64,000 nt of DNA from Bacteroidales bacterium (lineage in GTDB: Bacteria; Bacteroidota; Bacteroidia; Bacteroidales; GWA2-32-17): contig JABUFC010000011.1 of assembly GCA_013314715.1 (NCBI GenBank), positions 589-64,588 of the forward strand, given 5' to 3'. The position numbers and the translations under genes are program-made. The notes beneath the pieces were generated by a model. It did not search any database. It saw only the letters and a program-made list of their open reading frames with translations, and had not been told where the DNA came from. This document shows, in pieces, positions 31,601 to 41,732 of the stretch. Within the stretch, counting starts at the first letter, position 1. Every line of letters begins with the position of its first letter.

Positions 31601-34600
31601 CTTCCATTAGAGCCTCCATTGCAGCTAACATTGCTAACTGAACCAATGGATGAAGTTACTTGAGTTGGCTGGGTTACAGTTACAGAGGCAGTTGTCGAAC
31701 AATTGTTAACATCTTTTACCGTTACTGAATAAACACCAGCACTTAAATTAGAAGCAGTTACCGTAGTTTGTCCGTTCGACCATATATAGGTGTATCCAGG
31801 TGTTCCACCCGATGCACTAACCGTTGCGCTTCCGTTAGATGCACCATAGCATAATGGACTAACATTTGAAGAAATGGAAGCAACAACAGCAGTAGGTTGA
31901 GTAATAGTAACTGATGCTGTCCCTTTACATGTTAATTGGTCGGTAACGGTAATCGTATAAACACCAGCAGGAACGTTGGTAATAGAAGAGGTCGTTGCTC
32001 CATTTGACCATAAATATGAGTAACTTGGTGTACCACCACTGGCTGAGATACTTGCAGCACCGTTAGTTCCACCATAACAAGTTACGTTTGTTACTGAATT
32101 TACTGTAACACTTGGAGCACCAGTATTATTAACCGCTACATTATTTACATTCGTACATCCATTATGATCGGTAACAGTTACCGAATAAGTTCCAGCAGCT
32201 ACATTTGTTATAGAACTTGTTGTAGCAGAATTTGACCATAAATAAGTATAAGGCGATGTGCCACCACTAACTGAAACTGAGGCAGAACCATTACTATTAC
32301 CACATGTGGCATCGGTTTTACTCATAGTTAAATTGAGTGCTGCAGGTTGAGATACGGTTGCAGTACCTGTTTTTGTACAACCTTTATTATCGGTTATAGT
32401 TACATTATAGGTACCAGCAGCCAGATTTGTAGCTGTTTGAGTTGTTTGGGCACTTGGGAACCAATAATAGCTATAAGGTGCAGTTCCGCCCGAAGGAGTT
32501 GCTGTTGCTGTTCCATTGGTGCCCCCATTACAACTAGTATTAGTAGCCGTTATGGTAGCATTCAAAACACTCGGTTGTGTAATGGTTACTGAACTAGTAG
32601 AACTGCAGTTATTAGCATCACGAACGGTAACGGTATAAGTGCCTGCTGCTAAATTGGTTGCAGTAGCACTCGTTTGACTATTAGACCATGTATAGGTATA
32701 TCCAGGTGTGCCACCACTAGCAGAAACAGTAGCACTACCATTATTGCCTCCATTACAACTTACATTTGTTTGTGATGTTATAGACGAACTAATGGCTGTG
32801 GGCTGAGTTATCGTTACGGTTGATGTAATTGAACAATTATTGGCATCACGAACGGTAACGGTATAAGTGCCTGCTGTTAATCCTGTTGCAGTTTGTGTAG
32901 TTTGACTGGGACTGGTGTTCCATGTAATAGGTATAACTTGGCGTTCCTCCCGATGGGGTGGCTGTTGCTGATCCTGAATTGCCACCATTGCAGGCAACAT
33001 TATTTTGACTTAAACTAACCGTTAATTGAGTAGGTTGATTTATGGTCACAGTTGTTGTTGCAGAACAGTTATTTGCATCGCGAACGGTAACAGTATAAGT
33101 TCCGGCGATAAGACCTGTTGCCGTTTGAGTAGTTTGACTTGGACTTGTGTTCCAAGTATATGAATAACCAGGAGTTCCTCCACCAGCCGAAACGGTTGCG
33201 GTACCATTATTGCCACCATAACACGAAACGTTGGTAGAAGAGCTAATGGAAGCTGTTACAGCAGAAGGTTGGGTAATAGTTACCGAAGATGTAGTAGAGC
33301 AGTTGTTGGCATCACGAACGGTAACATAATATGTTCCAGCAGATAAGCCAGATATAGTTTGTGTTGTTTGGCTATTACTCCAAAGATAGGTATAGCCAGC
33401 AGTTCCTCCAGATGGATTGGCGGTTGCTGAACCAGTATTCCCTCCATTACATGCAACATTTGTTTTTGATATCGTTACCGTTAAAGCTGAAGGTTGGCTT
33501 ATTGTAACGCTGGTAGTTGCTGAACAATTGTTTGCGTCGCGAACGGTAACGGTGTATGTTCCAGCTGCTAATCCGGTTGCAGTTTGGGTAGTTTGAGAAT
33601 TTGACCATGCGTAGGTATAAGGTGCTGAACCACCACCAGGCAGTACAGTCGCACTTCCGTTAGTGCCACCTGAACAAGAAACATTGGTTTGTGACGATAT
33701 AGAAGCGGTTACAGCTGTTGGCTGACTAATGGTAAAAGTACGTGTTGTTGAACAATTGTTAGCATCTTTAATGGTTACCGTATAGGTACCTGCAGATAAA
33801 CCCGAAGCAGTTGATGTTGTTTGACCATTAGTCCATGTATAATTATACCCAGGTGTACCACCACTAACTGAAACAGTAGCTGAACCATTATTACCACCAA
33901 AGCAAGAAACATTTGTTTGCGAAGTAGTAACAGATAAGGCTGTAGGTTGCGAAACAGTAGTTGATTTTACAATCGTGCAACCATGCGCATCGGTTACGGT
34001 AACCGAATAAGTACCAGCTGTTAATCCCGAAATGGACGACGAAGTTGAGCTATTGCTCCATAAGTAGGTATAGCCTGCAGTGCCACCTGATGGGCTTACG
34101 GTAGCAGTACCATTACTGCCTCCATTGCACGAAACAGCAGTAGAAGAAATGGTGGCATTTAACTGTGTAGGTTGTGATATAGTTATCTGAGCGGTTGCAT
34201 TACAAACGTTATTAGCATCGCGTACTGTTACCGTATAGGTACCTGCTGTTAAACCTGTTGGGTTTGCCGAAGTAGAACCATTGCTCCATGAGTAGGTATA
34301 AGGAGGAGTACCACCTGTACCGCTTGCTGTTGCAGAACCATTATTGCCTCCATAGCAAGAAACATTACTTACCACCGAAGCAGAAGCAGATACACCGGTA
34401 ACACTAAAACTTAATGTTTGTCCACCGGTAGGGTGACTACAAATATCAGAAACAGAGTTATTGACTAAGCCTATTGTATAAGTACCTCCTTGAACAAAGG
34501 CAGGGCTTACTGTTAGTACAAAATCGCGTTCGTAACTACCACCTGCCGAACAGATAGCTCCATTGACGGCAGTTACGGTATATGGTCCACCCGGACCACT

Positions 34601-35665
34601 AATGGTAAAGTCAGACGCTTGCACAGAGCTACATAGTACATTTTCGCTAAATCTAATGACGACTTGATTTTGACCACAAGCAGGAGATTGTACTATGTTG
34701 TATAGATAAGGTCCTGTATTATCTACAACTTGAGCAGTACCACCAAATGTTATGGAGTAACCACTTTGTGTAGAACTAAAATTACTAACATTTACAACAT
34801 AGGTTTGCCCCGCTGTAACATTTATGGCTGCATTGTAAGTTGTACAATAAGCAGGGTCACCATACATACAACTATTAGAAGAACCTCCTGTGGGTCCAGT
34901 TGATCCGGATATGCCACAAAAATTACAACTTACTTGTAGGCTTGGATTAGTATAAATATCAGCACATTCAGCATTGGTTAAATTATATACAGCCCAGTCG
35001 TAATCATCGCCACTCGAATTTGGAGTTATAGTAAAAGTTACAGTTCCAGAATTTTGCACAGTAAAAGTGTACCAAACATCATTTAATTCTCCTGCTAATA
35101 AGCAATTGCCTGGACACATATTGTCAGAATAAGGCGTGTGTGTTGGTATTTCGGTGGGATAATTCCCTTGTCCTGAATATGATACGCTTGTACTATATGT
35201 ACTAAAGCACAATGGTATTGCACCAGCACAATCTTGAACCGTTGGAGTGGCTACACTCGAACAAGAAATAGAAGCAGCCCAACCATCATAAGTAATACTA
35301 GCATCAGAAGTAAAACGAAATGTTAAACAAGTCCCCGACGATGTTATAGTTCCAGGCGAAGTTGTACTTGTATAGGTGCCAATCAGTGTACTCGAAGTAT
35401 TGGGTCCATCGTATATATACAAAAAATCATAATTGTTTTCGATATTAAACGACGAAAAAGCAACAGTTATATGACCACCATTACTTGAACATAAAGTCAT
35501 GGTGTAATCTTCACTATTTTGATAAGTACCACTACTTCCTCCACTATCATAGAAATAACCGGAGCAAGTAGAAACTGTACCACCCGAATTGATGGTATAA
35601 GTTTGCCCTAAAGCAAAAAATGAAGAAAAAATAAAGAACGAAAAGATTAAAGTAAACATTCTCAT
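25687..35665 (-). pseudogene. giant (~3,325 aa if repaired) SprB-repeat cell-surface adhesin with T9SS type B (gliding-motility-associated) C-terminal domain, interrupted by a +1 nt frameshift at 32926/32927
   Basis: Signal peptide MRMFTLIFSFFIFSSFFALGQ, a CUB-like N-terminal module, and about 37 units of ~75 aa (C.GG.NGSATV.ASGGTPGYTY.W...AGTYTVTV.D.NNC). C-terminus VITPNGDGKNETFEI...IYNRWGDLLF...WDGKYNGKELPMGPYLYII matches the type B CTD. The two ORF-track ORFs (32846..35713 and 25687..33000) overlap in different frames. Confidence 0.8.
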
Positions 35666-35685
35666 AGCTATAAGTTTATATTCTG

Positions 35686-35693
35686 CAAATATA
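35686..35693 (-). promoter_or_regulatory. -7 promoter box TAtaTTTG for the giant adhesin gene
   Basis: Reverse complement of caaatata, 20 nt upstream of the ATG at 35665. It lies inside the ORF-track N-terminal extension (start 35713), which supports the MRMF... start. Confidence 0.4.
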
Positions 35694-35807
35694 TACTTTT
35701 TTTTTAATTTCAAAAAAAATATTTATTTAAAGTAAGTAATTAAAAAAGCAATAAGTTTTAAAAAGATGAATAATAATCAATATTTTTCAAATTGAAAAGA
35801 AAATATG

Positions 35808-35815
35808 TACTTTTG
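35808..35815 (+). promoter_or_regulatory. -7 promoter box TActTTTG upstream of the M23 peptidase gene
   Basis: Exact TAnnTTTG match ending 5 nt before the ATG at 35821. Confidence 0.3.
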
Positions 35816-35820
35816 CATGT

Positions 35821-36681
35821 ATGGATAAGAAGAAAAAAAGCTTTTTAACTAAATGGCGACATAAGTATCGCTTAATTCTTTATAACGATAATACATTCGA
35901 AGAAGTATTGCATTTTAGACTTTCGAGATGGAATGTTGCATTATTATTAGTTTTAGGCTCATTTTTTATAGTTATTCTTACCACATTTGTAATTGCTTAT
36001 ACACCGTTAAGAGAGTATATTCCAGGTTATCCTGATGCCGATGCTATTCAAAGAGCAAGGTACAATAAAGCTTTTATTGATTCTATTGAGGAGAAATTGC
36101 AATATCAAGAAAAATACTTAAATAACTTAAAATACTTAATTTTATACGGTGAGCCTATTAATAAGCAAACCGTTATGCATGTTGATACTACAGAAAATTA
36201 TAAAAATCTTGTACTTGATGCATCGCCTGAAGATTCTTCATTTCGTAAGATGGTCGAACAAGAGGAAAAATATAGTCTTTCACAGGAAAAATCGCTTCAA
36301 TCGCTTTTTGTTCAGAATCATTATTTTATACCAGTTAAAGGGATTATTGTCAATAAATTTAATAAAAGTCAAAAACATTATGGGATCGATATTGTTACAA
36401 AATCAAAAGATATGGTATTTTCAATACTCGATGGTCAAATTGTTTATGCTGGTTATACTTCTCAAACTGGTTATATGGTGATAATTCAACATCGCGAAAA
36501 TCTTTTATCTATATATAAACACATGGATCAAATTTTTACAACTATTGGTCAAAAGGTTAATGCCGGCGAGGTACTTGGCATAGTTGGTAATACAGGTGAA
36601 CTTACAACAGGACCTCATCTTCATTTTGAGCTTTGGTATAAAGGACAACCTCTTAATCCTGAAAACATCATGACATTTTAA
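35821..36681 (+). CDS. M23-family (LytM-like) metallopeptidase, membrane anchored
   Basis: One N-terminal TM helix. HYGIDI and GNTGELTTGPHLHFELW motifs of peptidase M23. Confidence 0.8.
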   Translation: MDKKKKSFLTKWRHKYRLILYNDNTFEEVLHFRLSRWNVALLLVLGSFFIVILTTFVIAYTPLREYIPGYPDADAIQRARYNKAFIDSIEEKLQYQEKYLNNLKYLILYGEPINKQTVMHVDTTENYKNLVLDASPEDSSFRKMVEQEEKYSLSQEKSLQSLFVQNHYFIPVKGIIVNKFNKSQKHYGIDIVTKSKDMVFSILDGQIVYAGYTSQTGYMVIIQHRENLLSIYKHMDQIFTTIGQKVNAGEVLGIVGNTGELTTGPHLHFELWYKGQPLNPENIMTF

Positions 36682-36683
36682 CA

Positions 36684-37835
36684 ATGAAAAAACAATCGAT
36701 AGCTATTTTAGGGTCAACTGGCTCTATCGGACGACAGGCCATAGAAGTTATATTAGCACATAAAGACCTATATGAAATAGAGTTATTAACAGCCCATAAA
36801 AATGCTAATTTACTCATCGAGCAAGCAATTGAAACATTGCCCAATACAGTAATTATTTATGACGAATCACAATACTCATATGTTAGTCACCAATTAAGCC
36901 ATTTACCCATAAAAGTATTTGCTGGAGAGCAGTCAACAATTGATTATTTAGAAGTGAGTCAGTGCAATACTGTTATTGCTTCTATTATGGGTTTTGCTGG
37001 TTTATTGCCTGTAATAAAGGCAATTGAAAAAAAGAAAAAAATTGCACTTGCTAATAAAGAAACCTTGGTTGTAGCTGGCGAAATTATTAAAAATTTGGTC
37101 GATAAATATCAAACTCCTTTTCTTCCTATCGACTCTGAGCACTCCGCCCTTTTTCAGTGTATGGTAGGAGAACCACTTAATAGTGTCGAACAGCTTATTC
37201 TTACTGCTTCAGGCGGACCATTTAGAGAAATGACGTACGAACAACTGTTAAAAGTAAATGCTCAACAGGCGCTTTGTCATCCTACATGGAACATGGGCAA
37301 AAAAATTACCATCGACTCAGCAACACTTATGAATAAAGGATTAGAAGTAATTGAGGCCTATTGGTTATTTGGCATTCCACCAGAAAATATCAAAGTTCTT
37401 ATTCACCCACAATCTATTGTTCATAGCATGGTGCAGTTTAACGATGGAAGCATAAAAGCCCAACTTAGTTTGCCCGATATGCGTTTTCCTATTCAATATG
37501 CACTTTCATTCCCTCAACGACACCTAAATTCGTTTCCAAAATTAGATTTTTCAATATTGGCAAACTTAAATTTTTATGAACCCAACAGACAACTCTTTCC
37601 TTGTTTAGATTTAGCATACGATGCTTTAAAACGTGGAGGCAATATTCCTTGCATACTTAATGCCGCTAACGAAGTCGCTGTTGAAGCATTTCTTAATCAA
37701 CAAATTGGCTTTTATGATATTCCAAGAATTATAGAACAATCTATTTCTAAAATATCGTTAATTCTGAAACCAACTTTACAACAACTTATCGAAACTGATA
37801 AAGAAACTCGTATCTTTGCAACTTCATTAATTTAA
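36684..37835 (+). CDS. dxr: 1-deoxy-D-xylulose 5-phosphate reductoisomerase
   Basis: ILGSTGSIGRQA NADPH motif and LANKETLV, PIDSEHSA, NKGLEVIEA conserved blocks. Confidence 0.93.
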   Translation: MKKQSIAILGSTGSIGRQAIEVILAHKDLYEIELLTAHKNANLLIEQAIETLPNTVIIYDESQYSYVSHQLSHLPIKVFAGEQSTIDYLEVSQCNTVIASIMGFAGLLPVIKAIEKKKKIALANKETLVVAGEIIKNLVDKYQTPFLPIDSEHSALFQCMVGEPLNSVEQLILTASGGPFREMTYEQLLKVNAQQALCHPTWNMGKKITIDSATLMNKGLEVIEAYWLFGIPPENIKVLIHPQSIVHSMVQFNDGSIKAQLSLPDMRFPIQYALSFPQRHLNSFPKLDFSILANLNFYEPNRQLFPCLDLAYDALKRGGNIPCILNAANEVAVEAFLNQQIGFYDIPRIIEQSISKISLILKPTLQQLIETDKETRIFATSLI

Positions 37836-37843
37836 TTTTTATT

Positions 37844-39166
37844 ATGAACGAAATAATAATCAAGGCTTTACAACTAATACTAAGCTTATCTATTTTAGTT
37901 ATTATTCATGAGTTTGGACATTTCTTTTTTGCACGACTATTTAAAACCAGAGTCGAAAAATTTTATCTCTTTTTTAACCCTTGGTTTTCAATTGCAAAGA
38001 AAAAAATTGGCGAAACCGAATATGGTATTGGTTGGCTTCCACTCGGCGGTTACGTTAAAATCTCAGGTATGATAGATGAATCGATGGATAAAGAGCAAAT
38101 GAAAATGCCCCCACAACCTTACGAATTTCGTTCTAAAAAAGCATGGCAACGATTATTAATAATGTTAGGTGGAATATTATTTAATATAATTTTGGCGTTC
38201 TTCATATATAGTATGGTATTATTTACCTGGGGCGAAAAATATCTTCCCGCTTCAGAAGTTACTTATGGAATTATGACCGACTCTATTGGTTACAAGGTGG
38301 GGTTAAGAAATGGAGATAAAATTATATCGTTAGATAATAAACCGGTCGATAACTTTAGAAAAATTGTTCACGATATTTTGCTCGAAGATATTAAAACTAT
38401 ACAAGTTAAACGCAACGATTCTATTATAAACATTCTGCTCCCTTCTGATATTAAAGCCGATTTAGTTAAAAATCCAACATTTTTAGAAGTTCGTATTCCT
38501 TTTATTGTTGATGCATTTATAAGTAATTCAGCGGGCGAAAAAGCAGGTATAAAAAAGGGCGATAAATTTATTGCTATCAACGATTCTGCTGTTACATATT
38601 TTGATGAAGTAAGAGCAATGTTGTCGCGTCATAAAAACGAGAAGGTTACCCTAAAGCTTTTAAGAAATAACGATACGGTATCGTTAACGCTTACTATACC
38701 TCCCGATGGAAAATTAGGCATTTTTCCATTATCCGATTTAGAAAAATTTTTCAAGCTTAAAGAGATTCATTATGGTTTCTTTGAGTCGATTCCTGCAGGT
38801 TTTGTAAAAACATTTAGCATGCTCGATAGTTATATTAAGCAATTTAAGCTTATTTTTTCACCCGAAACAAAAGCTTACGAATCGGTAGGCGGCTTTATTT
38901 CGATTGGAAAAATATTCCCAGCTGAATGGGATTGGCTTTCGTTTTGGAGCATGACGGCTTTTCTTTCTATTATACTTGCATTTATGAATTTACTTCCTAT
39001 CCCTGCTTTAGATGGCGGACATGTATTGTTTTTGATATTCGAAATTATTACTCGCCGCAAACCCTCCGATAAATTCTTAGAATATGCTCAAATAGTGGGT
39101 ATGGCTATTTTATTTGCTTTGTTAATATTTGCTAATGGTAACGATATAATTAAACTGTTTAAATAA
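37844..39166 (+). CDS. rseP: RIP site-2 metalloprotease RseP
   Basis: HEFGHF zinc motif, a PDZ region, and C-terminal LNLLPIPALDGG. dxr-rseP synteny. Confidence 0.9.
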   Translation: MNEIIIKALQLILSLSILVIIHEFGHFFFARLFKTRVEKFYLFFNPWFSIAKKKIGETEYGIGWLPLGGYVKISGMIDESMDKEQMKMPPQPYEFRSKKAWQRLLIMLGGILFNIILAFFIYSMVLFTWGEKYLPASEVTYGIMTDSIGYKVGLRNGDKIISLDNKPVDNFRKIVHDILLEDIKTIQVKRNDSIINILLPSDIKADLVKNPTFLEVRIPFIVDAFISNSAGEKAGIKKGDKFIAINDSAVTYFDEVRAMLSRHKNEKVTLKLLRNNDTVSLTLTIPPDGKLGIFPLSDLEKFFKLKEIHYGFFESIPAGFVKTFSMLDSYIKQFKLIFSPETKAYESVGGFISIGKIFPAEWDWLSFWSMTAFLSIILAFMNLLPIPALDGGHVLFLIFEIITRRKPSDKFLEYAQIVGMAILFALLIFANGNDIIKLFK

Positions 39167-39167
39167 T

Positions 39168-41066
39168 TTACTGCTTTTTGAGTGAAGGATTAAGTTCGTA
39201 AGATTTATTTAGATAATAATCTGCATTGGTTTTATCACCTAAATTTTGATACGTTATTCCTATAAAATAATGAGCCATTGCGTTTTGTGGATTGTATTCA
39301 ATACATTTTTTAAATGCAGCAATCGCTTCATTAAAACGCCCTAAAGTACCGTAAGTGCTACCTAAATTCATCCAAGCATCCGAAAATTTTGGGTCGTAAC
39401 GTACAGCATTTTCATACGCTTCGAGTGCTTTGTCGTATTGTTGGCGATTAAAGTAAATAACTCCCATGTTGCTGTATGTAATCGATTTTCCTGGTGCAAG
39501 CTTCAGACAAGTATCGTAATAAGCCAAAGCTTTGTCCAGTTCGTTTTTACGAAAATATGCTAATCCAAGTTGATCGTAGGCATCTGCAAAAGTAGGAACG
39601 ATTTTTCTTGCCTTTTTGAAATAATAAATAGCAGTATCTAAGTATTCGGGTTTAACTACTATGCCATTTTCCATAGCTTTGCCTTTCATTATTTCTAAAC
39701 CATAATAATAATTCATGTGAGCCGATTGAGGTGATTTAAGAATATCAGCTTCGTAAAGCGATAAGCTACTTTTCCAATCTTTGTTTCGGCTCCAGGTTAA
39801 ACCTAAATAAATAATTAAAATAGGCAATATAATAAAGAAAACTTTATCCGAAAATACTTTACTAAATTCAACTTGTTTTTCTAAAGAATTAAATATTTTG
39901 AGTACAAAATAAGAAATGCTAATTGTAAATGCTAGCGAAGGAACAAATAAAAGACGTTCACCAAACGATGTCCCAATTAAAATTATTAAATTTGAATACA
40001 CCGACATGGTTATAAAGAAAAATAAAATAGCAAATGATAAAATATGTTTTTGTTTAAATTTCCAAATAGCAAATACCGCTATTATTAAATAAAATAATAA
40101 CGAAATAAGTACATATATATCATCAAAACCAACAATGGCGATTTGATTATATGAGTAATCGCAAGCTAATGGATAAGGTATAAGTAATTTCCATATATAA
40201 AGTCCTAATAATTTTATTGCGGTTGCTGTTCGTGTTATAAAATCTGGAGCTGCTACTAATAAGTTGTCTACCATACTAGTTTGGTCTAAATGAGCTTGAT
40301 TGCCAATAGCTCTGTAACGCATAGCAAAAAAGATTAAAACCGGAATAAAATAAAGTAAACTTAAAGTAAAATAGGTCGATTTTTTTTCTTTTGTAAAAAA
40401 ATAAAAAATTAGCGGGATAATAGCTAAAAAAGTGATAGCACTCTCTTTGCTTAATAAAGCTAATAAAAATGTAAATAAGGCACTTATAAAAGCCCCCCTT
40501 TTTTTAGTACTTAAATATTTGAACAATAGCAATATAGACGCGATACTAAACAAAAAGGCTAAAATTTCGTCCCGACTTTTGATATTGGCTACCACTTCAG
40601 TATGAATAGGGTGCAATACAAAAAATAGTGTTGTTATAAAAGCTAAAAGTATAGAATAATTAGCAAAAATTTTTTGAAGCAATTTAAATAACAGTACACA
40701 AAGTAAGCCGTATAAAAGCAAATTTATAACATGTCCTGCTTTAGGGTTGTCAGGCCAAATTTCCCATTCAATGGCATACATGATTAAGGGTAATGGGCGA
40801 TAAAGATTATCGGGTGAATTCCAATAACCATATCGATATCCTGTTTTTAAAATGGTAGCTATTCCTGCAGTACCCTGTTTTACTACAAAATTTTCTTTAA
40901 TAACCGAAAAATCGTCTAATACATAGCCATGATTAATTGTATTAGCATATGCAATAAAAGCAACTAAAAAAATAAAAACATAATAAGGATACCATTTTTT
41001 TTTACTAGCGCTAGTATTGGTTGAGATATGCTTATTTTTAGTGTTTAATCGCTTATTATTAGCCAT
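39168..41066 (-). CDS. polytopic membrane protein with C-terminal TPR repeats (GT-C / TMTC-like putative glycosyltransferase)
   Basis: More than 10 predicted TM helices, NHGYVLDDFSVIKEN after TM1 (DD motif as in PMT/TMTC-type GT-C enzymes), and at least 4 C-terminal TPR units. Confidence 0.5.
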   Translation of the reverse strand: MANNKRLNTKNKHISTNTSASKKKWYPYYVFIFLVAFIAYANTINHGYVLDDFSVIKENFVVKQGTAGIATILKTGYRYGYWNSPDNLYRPLPLIMYAIEWEIWPDNPKAGHVINLLLYGLLCVLLFKLLQKIFANYSILLAFITTLFFVLHPIHTEVVANIKSRDEILAFLFSIASILLLFKYLSTKKRGAFISALFTFLLALLSKESAITFLAIIPLIFYFFTKEKKSTYFTLSLLYFIPVLIFFAMRYRAIGNQAHLDQTSMVDNLLVAAPDFITRTATAIKLLGLYIWKLLIPYPLACDYSYNQIAIVGFDDIYVLISLLFYLIIAVFAIWKFKQKHILSFAILFFFITMSVYSNLIILIGTSFGERLLFVPSLAFTISISYFVLKIFNSLEKQVEFSKVFSDKVFFIILPILIIYLGLTWSRNKDWKSSLSLYEADILKSPQSAHMNYYYGLEIMKGKAMENGIVVKPEYLDTAIYYFKKARKIVPTFADAYDQLGLAYFRKNELDKALAYYDTCLKLAPGKSITYSNMGVIYFNRQQYDKALEAYENAVRYDPKFSDAWMNLGSTYGTLGRFNEAIAAFKKCIEYNPQNAMAHYFIGITYQNLGDKTNADYYLNKSYELNPSLKKQ

Positions 41067-41069
41067 ATT

Positions 41070-41429
41070 TTAATAATTATTTGATGAAAGCATTACTAAA
41101 ACACACCATTCTATTACTTCAATGCCTTTGCTTTGGGCTAATTCTTTTAACTCTTTGTTTTCGGTTCCAGGATTGAAAATAATTCGCTTAGGCTGTAAAG
41201 AAAAAATATAATTGTAATATTCTTTCTGATTTTCGGGCGAAAGATACAAGGCTATGGTATGAACGTCTTTAATGGGTATTGTTTCTTGAATAATGTTAAT
41301 GCCATTAATTTCCCCTTTTCTTTTGCCTATTGCGATGACCTCATGGCCATGTTTCGTTAAACTTTCAATGGCTTTGTATGCGTAACGGTTGGGATTGGGG
41401 CTTGCCCCTAAAACTAATGTTTTTATCAT
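41070..41429 (-). CDS. CoA-binding domain protein (YccU-like)
   Basis: KTLVLGASPNPNRYAYKA...GHEVIAIG pattern of the CoA_binding_2 family, 119 aa. Confidence 0.6.
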   Translation of the reverse strand: MIKTLVLGASPNPNRYAYKAIESLTKHGHEVIAIGKRKGEINGINIIQETIPIKDVHTIALYLSPENQKEYYNYIFSLQPKRIIFNPGTENKELKELAQSKGIEVIEWCVLVMLSSNNY

Positions 41430-41435
41430 TTGTAA

Positions 41436-41579
41436 CTATTTTTTTAGATAAATGTCAGAACTTGTCTTGTCATACTGACGAAATGGGATATGCCATTCGA
41501 ATAAAGAGCAAGGCTTATTAGTGAGTGATAATTTCATTTTCGGTTGGTGTATATTCGTCCTCATGGCTATTTCATAAAT
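41436..41579 (-). repeat. Copy B of the 144-bp repeated element with an intact 42-codon ORF (41436..41564, minus strand)
   Basis: ORF is MRTNIHQPKMKLSLTNKPCSLFEWHIPFRQYDKTSSDIYLKK. It ends 6 nt before the co-oriented CoA-binding gene ATG (41429). Pairs with 5785..5928. Confidence 0.7.
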
Positions 41580-41595
41580 CTAAATTAAAGATATT

Positions 41596-41617
41596 AAAAA
41601 AAGAGGCCTTGCCTCTT
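41596..41617 (-). terminator. orphan terminator-like hairpin (AAGAGGC-aag-GCCTCTT followed by a T-run on the minus strand)
   Basis: Perfect 7-bp stem at 41601-41607/41611-41617 with an A7 run on the plus side. No upstream minus-strand gene is present to terminate. Confidence 0.35.
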
Positions 41618-41732
41618 GCAAAAATATTTTAATTTTATGACTTAAAAAATGTTTTAATGAATTTTTTTGTATATCTTTACGAAGTTAAAAAATAAGCATA
41701 ATAAGTAGTTAAATGCTTAAATTTCAATTAAT

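Noticed and set aside
32846-33000. Programmed ribosomal frameshift or phase-variable switch as the explanation for the split adhesin gene
   Set aside because: There is no slippery heptamer, homopolymer tract or downstream structure at the site (TAT-T-ACA). A plain insertion or a sequencing error is more parsimonious.
25900-34400. Highly regular repeats that could be taken for a CRISPR array or satellite
   Set aside because: The period is 225-234 nt, there is no spacer structure, and the region is continuously coding (SprB-type protein repeats) in a single frame apart from the one frameshift.
35666-35713. Upstream starts from the ORF track for the adhesin (35713). The same issue applies to TTG starts at 49348, 17586, 16021, 54445 and 90.
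   Set aside because: A TAnnTTTG box lies inside or at the extension (35686, 49371, 17584), or the extension precedes an obvious signal peptide, or the frame continues upstream (nt 90). Downstream ATGs are preferred.
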